A DNA stretch of 64,000 nt from the human T2T-CHM13v2.0 reference genome, Homo sapiens. Position 1 is the stretch's first letter. Every line of letters starts with the position of its first letter. This document shows positions 27,640 through 42,404 of the stretch, piece after piece. Where the stretch lies: NCBI RefSeq assembly GCF_009914755.1, contig NC_060936.1; one strand, 5' to 3'. The notes below the pieces were generated by a model, which did not search any database, was not told where the DNA came from, and saw only the letters and a program-made list of their open reading frames with translations. The position numbers were made by a program, and so were the translations under genes.

Positions 27640-28424
27640 CCACTAAACTAATATTTAGATTTTGGCTCTTTAAATTTCATACAGGTCTTGGAGTAGTAGC
27701 CATTTTAGCACTATATTTTAATTCTAAAATTAGTAAGATTGAGATCCAGCAGCATTTTTTTCATTATCTAGAGACTTTGTTTCCTAAACAATTCACTTAT
27801 ATACATATGTTTTTCTGTGTGTTCATAAAGCATGGTATTTTTTTTCTTTCATTCTTATATATTCTTTATATTACTTTGACCCAAGTAGGTTCTAATCAAG
27901 AAATGTTCCCATCTCAAGTGACTCACTTGGCAGGCAAGACAAGTTTACTGCCAATAATAATAGGAAGACAGTAGGGTATCAGCAAGAGGATGAAGTTGGA
28001 AATATGAGTTGTTTCATAATTTTTTAAGCTACAGAAATTAAAAATATCACTCAAAAATCAAGATGCTCTGCCTTTTCATTAATTAGTGACTAAACTTTAC
28101 CAGATCCATTAATTTTTATAGAAGAAAAATTTATAGACATTATAGTATTGTATAAATATATTCATTGGGTTAAAATAAAACATATTACTTGAGTGAGAAA
28201 ATCGCTGGTTTAATTTCCTTAAACTATGTCTTCACATTAGGAAATTAAATATTTCTGTCCCTCAGAGTTCAAGGTATGTGACATTACAGAAATTAATTCA
28301 TTGTTTTATCTCAGTGCAGAACTTTATGTCTCTAGAATATAAAACAGTGTGATTTCAACAGTAGTTGTGAGAATGCAGGAGCTGCTATTTAGCTTTGGAT
28401 GCCGGTTTGTTTTCCCTGCATGAA

Positions 28425-28740
28425 TTCATTCATTTATTCATTCAGAAAATAATATATAACAAGTATCTAAGTAAGGCAATAAGAAAGGCACTAGGGATAT
28501 TTATATGACATATACTGCTTCTTCCTTCAAATACTGTGGTCATGGTGCAATAAGAGCATAAGAGGAGTGCCTTCATCTACCTATGTGAATCAGGAAAGGG
28601 TTGGCCAGGGTATTAGCACTTGAAATAAGTCTTAGATGCAGAGAAAATATTTTATAAGCAAATCAATGCTGGAAGAGCATTCAAGGAGAGGGAAGGCAGT
28701 GAGCGAAGTTGAGAAAGAGGAAGAGAGAAGGAAATGCAAA
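28425..28740 (-). mobile_element. L2 fragment
   Basis: ttcattcatttattcattca ... ggcactagggata ... aatcaggaaaggg. Confidence 0.5.
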
Positions 28741-29164
28741 TAGAAATTGTCAGAGCAAAATATTGGGAAATCTGATCAGAAACCCAGTTAAATACCAAGT
28801 CAAAGTCAATCTTCAGATATCACAAAAGAGGTAAAATTTTTGTATTGCTAGTGCTTATTTGGGAATTAAAAAATGGCATGATCTTACTTTTCTAAAGAGC
28901 CTGGAGTTATTGTGCTATTTTATGAAGAAGGGCTACTCCATAGCCAGTCAGCATATTACATTAAGTTAGAGTCCAATAAAATAGAAATGACTGAGTACAT
29001 ATCAAATTAAAGAAGAGTTGTTAATACTTTAGATAAATGAGCTTAACTATGCAGTAGACATCTTCTTTCTTTGATATGACAATACACTTATTTATTATGG
29101 TTGAATCTAAATGTTTGCTTGCCAATCACATCTGTGTCATCATTTCTCAACACAACTCAGCTTT

Positions 29165-29990
29165 TGTTCATTTATTCATTCACAGATTACTTATTCGGTG
29201 TTTACAAAATGCTGGGATCTGCTCTTTCTTCCTTGGATATAGCAGTGAATAAGACAAAGTTCTCTTCTTCATGAAGCTTAAAATCTAGTGGGAAAAAGAG
29301 ATAAAAATAAAAAATTATATCTCATATATTGACATTTGTCAAGGATTAATTTAAGCAAATAAAAAGAGGTATAATAGTCCTTAGGTAAGATATTATTTTA
29401 TATAGAAAAGTCAGGACTTACTGAGAAGGTGACATTTGATCAGAATCCTGAGTGAAGTAAGTACCCGAAGTAGAAAGAAGAGCAATTTCAATGACCCTGG
29501 TGTAAGAAGATGCTTGGTGTAGCAGAGAAATGACAAGGTGTCCAGCGGGGCTAGAATGAAGTAAGTGTTGTCAGACAGTAATAGAAAGTGAAGTCAGAAA
29601 GATAATAAGAGCAGATATCCAGGACCTTGTAGGACACTGAGATGAATTTGAAGTTTTGCTTTGAACAAGAGTGGAAGCCACTAAAGGGTGCTGGGCAGAG
29701 GATTGATACATAACTTTAAAAGGATTACCTATATACTCTATCTGCTTTGTTGAGAATAAAAGACTAATGATCAAAGTTGGGACTCAAGTTAAAGCAGGTA
29801 ATTGATCATGTTTGCCTTGGATTAAGGTGGAAGCCATCCAAGTGAGGGTTGGTTGGGTACTGGAAATATTTTCATGATAGAAGGGGAAAAGTCAAGGCTG
29901 GAAACAAATGTGAGAGTTGTCGGTGTATACATGATAATTCAATCCACATTGGAACACCGAGGGAGTAAATGTAGATAGGAAAAGAAGTTC
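29165..29990 (-). mobile_element. L2a 3' region
   Basis: ttcatttattcattca ... gatatagcagtgaataagacaaagttct ... tgagaaggtgacatttga ... gtggaagccactaaagggt. Confidence 0.8.
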
Positions 29991-31539
29991 AGAACTGAAA
30001 AATTTACGTTTACTCTTTACCAAATTCAATGCTTTTATAGAATCTACAGCTAAGATTCCTTTCTGTTCAAAGTTTAGGACGCCTGGAGTATCTATAGGCA
30101 GGAAGAAGTAATAATGAGTTTTAATGAGCATACTTAAGGTGGGATCATTAAAGTCCATCCGGCTTTTTAACTTATTTTATAATATAATGTGGTAGATTGT
30201 GTGCTGTTAAGTTGGCATCACACCACATCCTTCTGTGGTCTCACAGAACTACATTTTCCAGAATTTCCTTCCTTGAATATTTCCAGGGTAAAGTCGGCCA
30301 GTAAGAGACAGTCACCTGAAGTGGAAGGGGAAAAGAGGCCTTGATTCTCTAGAGGCATTTAGGGTAGACTCTTGGGAGGACAGTTGTCTTTAAGTTTGTA
30401 ACACTTGAGGTTTACAGCACTGAAATAACTGCTTTAGTGCTGTGGCTACTGATCAAATTTGTATTCATCTAATCTCATGTTCTTATATTGTGACTTTGTC
30501 ATGAAGTGTGTTAAGCTAATAAAAGGCCCCAAAGCTAATTCGTAGTATTATTTGATAGTTTTCATCAGCAAATAAATTACTCAAACTAGGCTATCAAAAC
30601 ATAAAATTCACCTTATAATCATTTATATTATTTATGTGATACTTTTATAATCACAGTTATGAGATAAATAGATCCTGGAAGAAAACATAGAAATATTTTT
30701 ATTTTTTATCTTTCTGTATTTTCTAAATTTCTTATTTTTTATTGGGGTAACTAGTAGATTTTTACAAATATTTTATTTTAAAGAAAAATATTCAAAATTA
30801 TTTCAAAGATCTATTTTACTAGATAAAACAATTTGTAAGAAAAATATTTGAACATTAAATATGTTTTAGGCATATGAAGTTATTTCCATTTTACTTCATA
30901 TTACCTAGAAATGCTTCTAAAATATGTATATACATTTCATATCATTAATTTGTATTCTGTGCTTAAAGAATCTACTAAGACAAGATTAAATTCACCTTAA
31001 GCCTCATCCTCTGCACAAAATAAGCAAAATCTGAAAAAGTAAGATTTTTAAAAAGAAAAAAAGTGAAGTGATTGATATAGACAGAGGAAAGTTGAAATGA
31101 GGTCTGAACAATGTTTCTCTGTACTTCACCCACTCATCTCATTAACGTGTCAAATGCTTGGAAGCAGTAAGCACAGAATCAGGACCTGGTTATTCCACAC
31201 AGACAGAGTGTTTGCTCTTCTTGTAGAAATTACATTGTTATTTATTATAACCATCCTAAATTAACATCCTACTGAGATCTTTATTAGAACAAATGAATTT
31301 TGAGGACTCTTTTGACATATTATTTTATAAAGTGATGAAAAGTGGCCTCTATTGTTTATTGCCCTCACAAAAGTAAATAAAGGGAACAGATATAAAGTCT
31401 GATCCATGGTTGCATTCTGAATATCATCTTTATGTTATTTCTAAATATAATTTTCCTCTGAAACTTCTGCAAGATTTGCCTGGAGTATTTGGGCCAGTTT
31501 AGTAAGAGCTGGTACTTGTTTCCATCATTTCCATGAAGT

Positions 31540-32098
31540 CATAGGGGTTCAGAATATACCACCTCAAAATATGACACTTTGGCATGAAAACTCTTATGAG
31601 CTGGAGGCAAAAGAAAATCCACACATGCAGAAATAAGCCTTCTCAGAGCTTCCATTATATAACCAGAGGCAGAAGCTTCTGAGAAATGAAGACTGCCATA
31701 AATCCCCTCTTTCCAGCAAGTTTTATGGTCCTGAAGAAGATAGAAATTTGGCTACCAGACGGTTCTGCATAAACAAATCTTGCTAAGATACTCCTTACCT
31801 TACATCTGTTTCCCCCGTATATTTACCTTCCCAAAGTTTGCAACCTCAGGAAGCCTAAAAACTTGTTGTTTTTTTGTCTTTTCAGTTCTGTACAAATATT
31901 GATATTTGTTAAGATGCTATATAAATCCAGGTTTTAAATACTCCTTTGAGTTACTCATTACTGAATTTCTCTTGCAGGCTATACATGTTAATAAAGTATT
32001 CATTTTTCTCTTGTTCATCTGTCTTTTGTCAGTCTAATTTGCCGGAACCCAGATGGAGGACATAAGAGAGGAAAGAAAAAAGGATTCTGCCCCCTACA
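31540..32098 (+). mobile_element. MER34-family ERV1 solo LTR
   Basis: taggggttcagaatataccacctcaaaatatgacactttggcat ... TATA box tatataaa (~31918), AATAAA (~31990), ends cccctaca. Confidence 0.82.
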
Positions 32099-32619
32099 AA
32101 ACATTTATTTAATATGTTCTCAATGAGAACTCTTAGGAGCAATCTGGGTGTCCAGTCCTAGAGACTCAGGATTGAAGACAAGCCTCCCACTTAGCATAGG
32201 AATAATCTTGTTCAATGCAGCTGCTCCAGATCTCGGTTCTTTCACTGACAAAATGCTTTGGAAAATACTTCTTCATATAATTGTTGAAACAATTAGAAAT
32301 TATATATGCAAAGGATGTAACAGCGTCTGGGACATTTATGTGCTTGGTAAATTATTGGTGTTGTTCTTCTATTATTGTAATATTAATAGATTATTGAAAG
32401 CAGATAACAGTGCTCAATGGTGAAGAAGCTTTCTGAAAAAAATTAGCTTTCTGACTGACTCATTTGGAATTGTGAAAAGAGAAAATTAAGTATGGCAAAT
32501 AAGATGGGTGAAGATACAATGGTCTACCTAATTCTCATAAGCAGAAAACTACTTTTCAGTAATACTAAGAGCTTCTAATCGAGAAACAAAGGAGGCCGAA
32601 GTGTGGCAATAAACATATA

Positions 32620-33620
32620 AAGTTGTCACTTATATGCTGGTGGAACACTCACCATGGGTACACCATCTGAATTCTCCTGTGCTTAGTCCTCTGTATTCAA
32701 CTGCCTACTCAATATTCTCACTTGGATGTGTTACACTTATTTTAAACTCAACAAACTGGATTAATGTTCTTTTTATCAAACATTTTTCCTTCCGCATTCT
32801 TCTTGGTAATTTATGACAGTTTCCATCAGTTCATATCAAAAACAAGGAAGGCATTCTTCACATCTGTGTTCTTACTGCTCTGTTATCCAATCAGCTATGC
32901 ATCCAGAAGCAGCTGCCTCTTAAATGCTTATCAAATCTGTTCACTTCTTTCTAACTCCTCCATTATCACTAGATTCTAATTCACCAACATCTTTACCAGT
33001 CTGAACTACTGCAATAATAATATCTTAACTATTATTTCTGCTTCCTCTTGTCTTATTCCAAATAATTTTTAAAAATACCTTAGGGTAATTTCCTCTCTAA
33101 TCCTAAGAGATATTTAGTTACATCTGTTTCCCATCTACGAGTCTTCCATGGTCTCCATTGCTTCTGTGATACAGTTCAAAATCTCAAACACAGTCTGAAA
33201 GGACCCCATATTTCAGGCCTACTTTTCCAGTCTAATTGTGAATCACTTCCCACAATCTTTATTAAACCTCAGGACCTTTACACATGCTGTTTCTTATGCC
33301 TTAAACTCACCTTCCGTTTTCTCATGCCCAGTTGCCTGGCTAGTCCATACTCATCTTTCAGAAGTCAGCACATGTGACATGTTCTCTCTAAAGCTTTCTC
33401 TCACCCGAACACTGAAATAGGCCCTCCCATTTTCTGCTGTCATAGTAACAGATTTTGTGGCAATTATCCCAATAATAGAAATTCTTTGCCTAACTATTTA
33501 TTGGAAATACCCACGAAAATAGACTATAAACTGCTTGGTAGCAGTGACATTTTCTGTCATTGGTCTCTAGACAATGCAATATTTGTTAATAGTAGGCTGT
33601 CAATAATACTTGATGAATGC
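32620..33620 (+). mobile_element. L2 fragment
   Basis: caactgcctactcaatattctcacttggatgt ... ctcaggacctttacacatgctgtttc ... caataatacttgatgaatg. Confidence 0.7.
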
Positions 33621-33879
33621 ATAAAAACAAACAATGAAATATGCAGTAAACAAGCTATTTTTGTGGCTCAGGATACAGATGGGCCTATGAGATCATTCTA
33701 GTCCTGGAAGTTAGCCCTTACATATTACTCTGGCTAGCTGAATTAATGTTGAAGATATCTGCTCTTAGCATTCTTTATAGAATGTGGAATCAGAAAAAGT
33801 TACATTAGTTTATAGCCATGGGACCTTGGACTTGCTACAGAACATGAAAGTTATTCAGTTGAATGAGAACAGATAATGC

Positions 33880-34330
33880 TAGGAACAGTGGTTTAAGCAA
33901 GATAGGTGTTGTGTTTCTCCTTCAAAGCCAAAAATTCCGAAGTAAGCAGTCCAGTGTCTCAGGGATGTCAGGCTGATTTTCTTGTTTTTCCCCCGACAGT
34001 CTGCTTGAGATGGTTGCTGGAGTGCTTCACCCCATAGATCTGTATTTCTGGCAAGAAAAAAGGAAATGTGCCATGGGCAAAAAGGATATATCTGGTATTA
34101 CATGAGTCCATTTCCTATATAAGGTGCTTTCCCAGAAACCCCTCCCAATAAAGTCACTTATATATTATTGTCTGGAAATACCATTATATGGATACCTTTA
34201 TCAGCAAAGGAGTCTAAGAAATGCTTTTTAAGTAGGAACTTTGCCAACACCAATAAAATTAGCTTCCTGCTACATGAGAAAGAAAGAAAACATAGTTATT
34301 GAAGGTGCTATTGGCAGTCTCTGCCTAACT
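33880..34330 (-). mobile_element. Old MLT1 (K/L-like) LTR
   Basis: agatggttgctgg ... ttcccagaaacc ... cacttatatattattg ... gcaaaggagtctaagaaatg. Confidence 0.5.
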
Positions 34331-34955
34331 GAAAATACTGAGTTTCAGTTTATCTGAAAACAAAAGATAAAAATATATACATTTTAAGGTGTTTATGATC
34401 ATTAACCAAGACAAAGGACACTAACGCTGCATTACGGGTTTTCTGCACATGTTACATGCAAAGTAACAACTCCATTATTTAAATAAGGTGAAATACAAGG
34501 TAATTTTCAAAGAAAGTCATACCAGCTCCCAGATGTTTATGAGTTTGCTTAGGATTCAAGTCCATTAGCACTTTTTATCCAAAATTGAAACATTCTTAAC
34601 CAAAAAAAAAAAAAAAGAATATGAATATTTTACCCAGGCAATTGTCTTGACTTTTTTGTTCTGAAGCAAGAAGTATATAGACAGATGTCCCTCCTATGCA
34701 GCTAAGTTGGAGATTCATTGATGGAGAATGACTGACTTCAGATTTCTGGAAATTCTGAGTGAATGAATCTTGTGAGGTCATAGTGAAAGGCGTTCATGGG
34801 ATTTAATTTGATTATGCCTCTATCTAATACGTGCATGCTAATGACCCTCTGTATGTCAAATGTCCTTGCAACACCAGTGAAAGAAGAAACTTTTTATTTT
34901 CCTCAAAGAACTGAAAATCTTCCTACAAGTATAATTGATTAGAAAACAACAGTTT

Positions 34956-35295
<340 letters not shown>

Positions 35296-38200
35296 TCAGT
35301 GTTGTGCATTCTGTGGCAATGCTAAGAAGGGAGCTTATGCTTCCATCTTTGGACAACGAGACTCATAAACTTCTTTAGAGATGAAAGGGAAAATTTTACT
35401 TTTTTTCTCTATCTTAAAATTATTTCAAGCCCTGAAAGTCTTGGAATCATCACTTTCTAGCTTGAAAGGCCCAAGAAGCAGAGTAGTAAGTTGCTACTTG
35501 TCCCTGGATCTTCAAGGTAAAATATGCCCTTGTCTATGTTTACAGAGTTTTTAATTAAAATGCCCCATGAATTTAATCTTATGCCAACATTTTGAGGGAT
35601 TTGGTTTTCTCATAAAATTGGGATTACACTTTCTATTTGTCGATGTTTTCTTTCACTTTTACAGTGTAGTATGTTTCTTACATTTTTATTATATATTCCT
35701 CATTATATCTCACGTCTGTATCTTTTATGTTATACCTTTTTCAAAATGCTTTTTATTTTTTTCTTTCTTATTTTATCTAAGTTAATTCAGAATAATGATT
35801 TTGGATTTCTTTGGTTAGGGATTGGCAAAATGATTTTTAAGTGTTTTTCAAATAAAATCTGTACACAGGTTAAAAAATAGTCAAAGGACTTAATAATTTT
35901 GTTATGTTCTTTGATAAAATTTTTACATACACTCGGTAGAATGCTAAGAAATTTTAGCTTGTAACCAAAGGAAGATTTATTATTTCTGGCTGCTTTCTTT
36001 TTCCATGAAATGTGTAGATATGCTATTTGACTTAAACCAAGTGTGTAGCCTTCTGATTCATAGTTTAGTTTGTCCTCAACTAAAGAACATACCAGGGTGT
36101 GCTTTTTGTGTGCCCGACATGGCTGCTTAAGGGAACTGCATATACCTTAATCCAAATCAAAGCTTCTGAGGAAGAAAAGATTGAACTCACTCAATATCAT
36201 GTGGCTACTGAAGAATGAAAAGAACTAGAAAAACAACATGGTAGAATATTAGTAATGAGAATACCAATTAGAATTGGAAGCACTGTTTCCATTCTAAATA
36301 CTCTGCCTTGACCACTCAGCAAAGGTGCTAACAGTATGTGTCATTGATCCCTGGGGTGCCTGGTAAAGTCACCATTCTTGAGACATTGTAATTTTGTAGG
36401 GGAACACGGCCTAAGAACTACAATGCAAAAATTTGGACACTGGTATTAAGGAAAGAGTTAAAACTTAGTCAAAAGAAAAGGGTAATTTAAAACGAGCAAA
36501 AGAGTAAACAACAACAAAACAACTACAACAGAGTGCTTGGGATTACTGAGATGTGGGTGTCAAAAACTTAAAGAGAGGGATTATTGTGTTCTAATAAGCA
36601 GACTATGGACATTTTCAGGTGGGGATAAATCTGTGTATATTTATGTATTAGAAAGTAAACTCAATAAAGTGAGCTAACTATAAAAGGTTATCACAGATTC
36701 GTTCAGTGAAAGGCATTCATTGACAATGGGCACAAGCTTAAGTGGTTGATAAGCATTCATCATTAAAAATGTATATATGTATATATACATACACATACAT
36801 ATTTTTAACATTTTCTATGTGCCTGGCATTGTTCATGACAATAGGTTTATAGGTGCTGAGGTGGAAAAAACAAGCCAGGGTCTCATTCTCATGGAGCTTA
36901 TGGCAAAAAGAGGACACAAATACAAAGCTAATAATTACAAATACTTTTTTCATTATATTCAAAAGAGGAGCCATGAAGAAAAATACAGATGAATTTAAAA
37001 TTACGTAATACGAAATCTAATTTATCAGCAATAGTGACAGCAGATTTAGACCTTTAGAAGCATATTTTTTCCTATGGCCCCAGTGTTTGTATATGGAGGA
37101 GGGAGTGGAGAGGTGGGCAGACAGGGAGAGAACAGCAGTCTAGTGGCCTGCAGCCAAGGGAGGAAACAACTTTGCTCACAATAGGCATCCTTAGCAAAGC
37201 CAAAGAACAGTGACATCAGCGTCTACACATTTCCCATGATTTCTAAAAATATAATCAACTCATTAGCAGGAAAACACTAAAACATACAATTTTTAAAAAA
37301 TTAATGGATGGTTGGAGCACTTGGCTGTGAGATTGGGTAGTGCCATCTACATTTGGGTAATGGCCCCTCATATTTTCCATGCCTTATACTGCTGGGAAGA
37401 CATCATGCAAAAGGAAGGCCACATCTTCTGTCTCAACCCCAACCATTTATTTCCCACCTTCCTTCATCATTATTATTAATTAGAATGTTTGCAACTGTGA
37501 ACTGTCCTAGTTTTTATTTTTGGCTTTCTCTACTAAGTCCAAGTATAAAGAGAACATACAATTCTCCTTGATGACCATCCCCTCCTTCAGTTACAGCAAT
37601 AATTTTCCTAGAATGATGGTGCTATTGATTGCCCAACTGCAATCTCTGTGCCAGAAATGCTTAATACTATCTTGTCATTCACAATATGCTTAATGGCAAA
37701 CAGGGGATTTACAGTCTGTCAAATTTAATGACCAGAAGAACCAATAAAATATGACAGGAAAGACTTCCTACTGTTTAGGAATGGAATGGTTCCATCTGCA
37801 CAATGATGGCATGTTGGAAAATCCCTCTTGTTTAAAAAATTATATATATATATATAATTTCTACTCAAGAAAGAAAATGTACACGATGTCATACAGAAGA
37901 GAATGTTATAATTTAGAACAACATTATTCCAAACTTGTTTTTCTAGGTTAGATTTCTCAAAAGTGAATTTTTATGTTTCTTATTAGGATTGAAAATCTAT
38001 ATAGCCAATTTTGGCTCCCAGGAGAGTCTAAAATCCTCTCATTGATGAACCCAATACCTTATGCTCAGGCCTGAATACCAGAAAAGTAGGTTTTGTAGTA
38101 GCAGGAGAAATGGTGCTGGTGGATCTGGAGTTAGTAAAGTAAGTGAAACTCTTCATTCATTTTGCATTGTTGCCCTTTTCCGACACATACACACACACAC

Positions 38201-38689
38201 GCACATGCACACACACACACAGATACTGCTACTACAACCCCAGCAAAAGTCCCCCTCCTTAAATTATTGAGCAATGGTTCTCAAAGCAAACAGAAGAATC
38301 ACCTGGAAGTGACTAAATTAATCTCTCTCCTCTAGATGTTGTGATTCTGTGGTCATACCTGGGCCTAGGAGTTGTTTTTGCTTGTTTTTTGTTTTTCAAT
38401 GTGTCCCAATGAGTCTTATGCCAATGGTCTAATATGATGCTTTATGAACTCTGCATACACTCCAGTATAGTTAAACACTGTGTAATTATTGAAAACTGCT
38501 TGAATTCATACCCTGTTCTTCCAAATGCCACCTTGGACATGATTATTGTCTATCACATAAGGTCATTGTGAAGCTAAAGTAGATTAATCTTATAAAGATG
38601 TAAAACATGACTTTACATTTATAGATGCTCCATAAGCATTAGTTAGTATTGTTGGATGGGGTTTATTTTTGGTGGTGGTGTAGCTTTTG

Positions 38690-39230
38690 TTATTACATAA
38701 CTATAACCTCAAATGAATTTAAGAAATAAAGATAAATATATAGTTATGAATTAGTGGAAGCCTCAGGACTCACAATTTCAAAATACAGTCAAATGCCATT
38801 GATGAAGTACAGGAGCTGGATAGCCACCAAAGGAGGCTTTGTCTTAGTCTTTTATGGAAACTACACACTGTCTCATCTCCATTTATCTCTGTATGTCTGC
38901 TTCATTCTCTCTCTCTTTGCTGACTCTTTGCTTTTTCCAAAGCATGGTGGATCATGGTCAGAACACCCACTCCTGAGTTTAAATTAATTCTTCTACCTGC
39001 AAGAGAAACACTAGCTCCATTAAGTCCCATTTTTATATTCCCAGAACAAAGATTCTGATTGATTCAGTTTATACCTGTTGATTATCTACCCTTGGTTCAA
39101 TTGGCTATGGAGTGGCATGCAGGATCTGAAGTGGAAACAAACTGCTAAGACCCAACTGCGGTGTGAGAGCAGTTCTAAAATAGGAAAAGGTATGGGCTAG
39201 TTAGGTAGCCTTACAGGTATCTGCAAAAGG
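38690..39230 (-). mobile_element. Old MLT1 (J/N-like) LTR
   Basis: ctgcttcattctc ... ccagaacaaagattctgattg ... cccttggttcaattggctatgg. Confidence 0.45.
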
Positions 39231-40181
39231 AAGTTTCAATATTACTGCAGTTAGTCGGTATTTCAAGATATCCATAAAATACATTGTGAGCTCTGTTCAA
39301 ACAATTTTCTGGGATAGATTCCAATTATTATTTGGATTCTGTCTGGACTTTTGAAAGTAAAGATTAGATGATGTATCATTGGATGAAATGTAAGCCAAAA
39401 TCTTTAGGGAAAACTGTGAAAAAAAAATCACTGGTGTATCTCCCATTTCTGAACTTTTTTGTGCCTACCATTTTCTGATGACTCAGGTTCTCATTTGCCT
39501 CTTTTAAAGAAAAACAGTAGCACTTAAACTTGTGTTTTAATGTGTTACTATCAGTGATATCTGCACTTAAAAGTATCATGGACTAGCCAGTGCAAACCTT
39601 GACAAAAAGGAATGAATTGACAATAGAGGCAATGGTGGGAAAGCTATTTTTGAGGGCTAGGCCTTTTTGGCACCCCTTGGATTATGCTGAAGTTATATTA
39701 ATGACTATTTTATTATGTTCCTGGTTATCTCTGCCTGTTAGGTGAATTCAGTTTGTTTGCAGAGTACAGATGATTTGTGGTTGTATCCAATCACTGAGTC
39801 ATTGCAATGACTGAAAGTTACATCCTCACTGTAGTTTGGACTTTTGCCATATTCCTGACCATCATTTGAACTTCAATTTTGACATGGAACCAGGCTATGC
39901 TGGTCATAGTACAAGGCCCCATTCACTGTGGTATGTCTGACCTTTCAAGGTTCCCCCTGAGCAATGATTCCCTGAAAATAAATGGCCTATACAACTTGAT
40001 GTCTTATCTATTCATATAACTGCCTATTTGTTTTAAATACATTTTCATGTTTTAAACTTCTTGTGTGATGTTCTTATAGGCAAGCATTAAATATGTACAT
40101 GTTGGCATAAAAAAGATTATTGCTTTTATTTTACTTGTCATTCTCTTCATCACTGTAATTTAAGTTACAACTGTTCCTATA

Positions 40182-40254
40182 AACAATATGAAATTGCTGA
40201 TATTTTACCATTTTCAATCTACTAAAATGGTAATTTTATATACTTCAATCTAAA
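40182..40254. mobile_element. MADE2 (Hsmar2-derived MITE), left end eroded
   Basis: aacaatatgaaattgctgatattttaccattttcaatctactaaaatggtaattttatatacttcaatctaa, with self-complementary ends as in MADE2. Confidence 0.8.
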
Positions 40255-41763
40255 TATTTGCATGGTATTTTCTGGAAAGAAATGGTATTAGCAAAGAATT
40301 AATATTGAACCTATAGTGCAAAACCAAAGTGTTTTAAAAATTATAATTATGAATAAAAAATGATTAAAAAATGTAAAAATAGATCAGTGGATGCTTTTGG
40401 ATGATAAGTAGGACTAAAGGGATATTTTATTTTATTTGCTCTTCTTATTTTACAATGTAGGTATGTATCATCTTTATTTAATAACATTTACTATGTTTGT
40501 GGTTATTGAAGTAGCACACGTATCTTGGAAAACAGGGAAAATGGTAAGAAGAAAACTCCTACCATTCAGAGAATTTGTGGTGACTTTCTACCTACTCTAT
40601 TTGTGTCATTTAAAATAACACTGTCAATTTTTCATAACTTCTATTCTTTTCTTATTGATGAAGATGAGTATTTTTATGTTTATTGCTCATTTGTATTAAT
40701 GGATTGATTTCCCCTGTTATTCCTGGATCCTTCATCTACTGCTTATTCCAGGAATAACCTGGATGTTATAAGACAGGGAGGACCTTTAATCTGCTGTTGG
40801 TCCTAGTTTACCTCCAGTGGTAGTAGCAAAAGTAATGAGTTTTCAGAAAGAAGAGTAGTCATTCTATATGTTGACAATAGGGCCAGTAGAAAAACAAGTT
40901 AGCCACGAGGGAAAACAAAAACAAAGCAAAAGAAAAACAGGTATAAAACTGCAGGGTTGAGAGGTACCATAAGTCTTTGAAGATAGCTGTCATAGAGTTA
41001 AAGATCATAAGGAAAGTCAGGTTAACTATGATTAGAAGACAGAGCTTAAAAAACATGCATACAGTAAATAGTGTATGTATCTTTTAAAAATTGGAATCCA
41101 TCTCCCCCTCATGGCTTAAACTGGTCTGACCTTTCCTGCAATTTGCAGAACTTCAGAAGGAAAACATGGGTCATTTTTTTCTTTCTTTTGCTTTCTCCTC
41201 CATACCTTCTCCTATCCCCAACAGGTGACAGGAATGTCATGAATAAAGTGAAATGTAGGTTGGCTTTTACTTCCAACACTTTAAAAATCTATATCATGAA
41301 CTTAGAGATGTCAGAGTACTTGGCAAAATGTGCTTCTAAAATAAATATCACAACCAAACATATTCTGTAAAATGGCTAGTTTTGGCCTAGAATTCTTGGT
41401 TGGGTAATTTTGATGATGTGGTCACTCTTATTTTGTGGTCAATGAACTTAATGTACTGTAGAGGAGAGCCGCAATAGAGCCCATACTTGTGTTAAAATAG
41501 CTCACTTCCCTATTTCCCACAAATTGCATATTTTCTTCTTTTTCTCCAATCTAAAAATAACTAAGTCATTTGTGGTGACTACTCTTAAAGAATCAACTTT
41601 CATTTAAGAAAGCCCATTTCAGATAGAAGAAAACTTGAAGTGCAAATTCTTAGCATTTACTCCTAGATGACTTCCTATTAGAGTAACACAATTAATGGTA
41701 TAATAATTCATTGCTTTTAATTAATTGAAGTCCTATCTTAACTATATTCTTCTTATTTCCTTC

Positions 41764-42404
41764 TGTTGGGGTCTTAGAACTTAGCACCAAGGTCTCTTAC
41801 TTACCATCTTCCTCAAAACAGGAGGGGTAGAGGGGGGTGTTGGGGAGGTCTCTCGCGAAACTTCTTTCCAAAAGAGATGCAATTGTCTTAAGATTTCCTT
41901 CCTAGGAATCTCATCAAATGATCAGAAAGAATAAACTACTGGAGAAAAGACTGAGAGATATGTCACCATGTCCAGATGGATGTTTTATCTATTCTTCTGA
42001 AGGCAACTCATGGAGATTACCTGGGACACTGCATTTATAAAACAAGACAACTTTTGTTTGCAATGCATTTCCACTCCTCACCTTCCCCAAATTTATCAAC
42101 AACATATTTTTCCTTTAGTTCCTTTCAGCTCCAAATAAGAATCATTTATAAACCCTTTTCTAGACTCCAGGGCCATTCAATCATAGCCCATTCCCTACTC
42201 CCTGTCCTCAATAAAGAAGGTATTTAAGCATCAACCATCCCATCTATCCCTTCTTGAGTTTTCATGCCTTTTGAGATTCCCTTGTTTATGTATGTTAATA
42301 AATTTGTTATGCTATTCTCTTGTTAACCTGTCTTTTGTTATAGGGGCGTCAACCATGACCCTTATGAGAGAAAGGAAAAGAATCACCCCCTTTCTGCAGC
42401 TACA
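41764..42404 (+). mobile_element. MER4-group ERV1 solo LTR
   Basis: TGTTGGGG start, AATAAA at ~42297, ends GCTACA; TSD CCTTC at 41759-41763 and 42405-42409. Confidence 0.85.
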
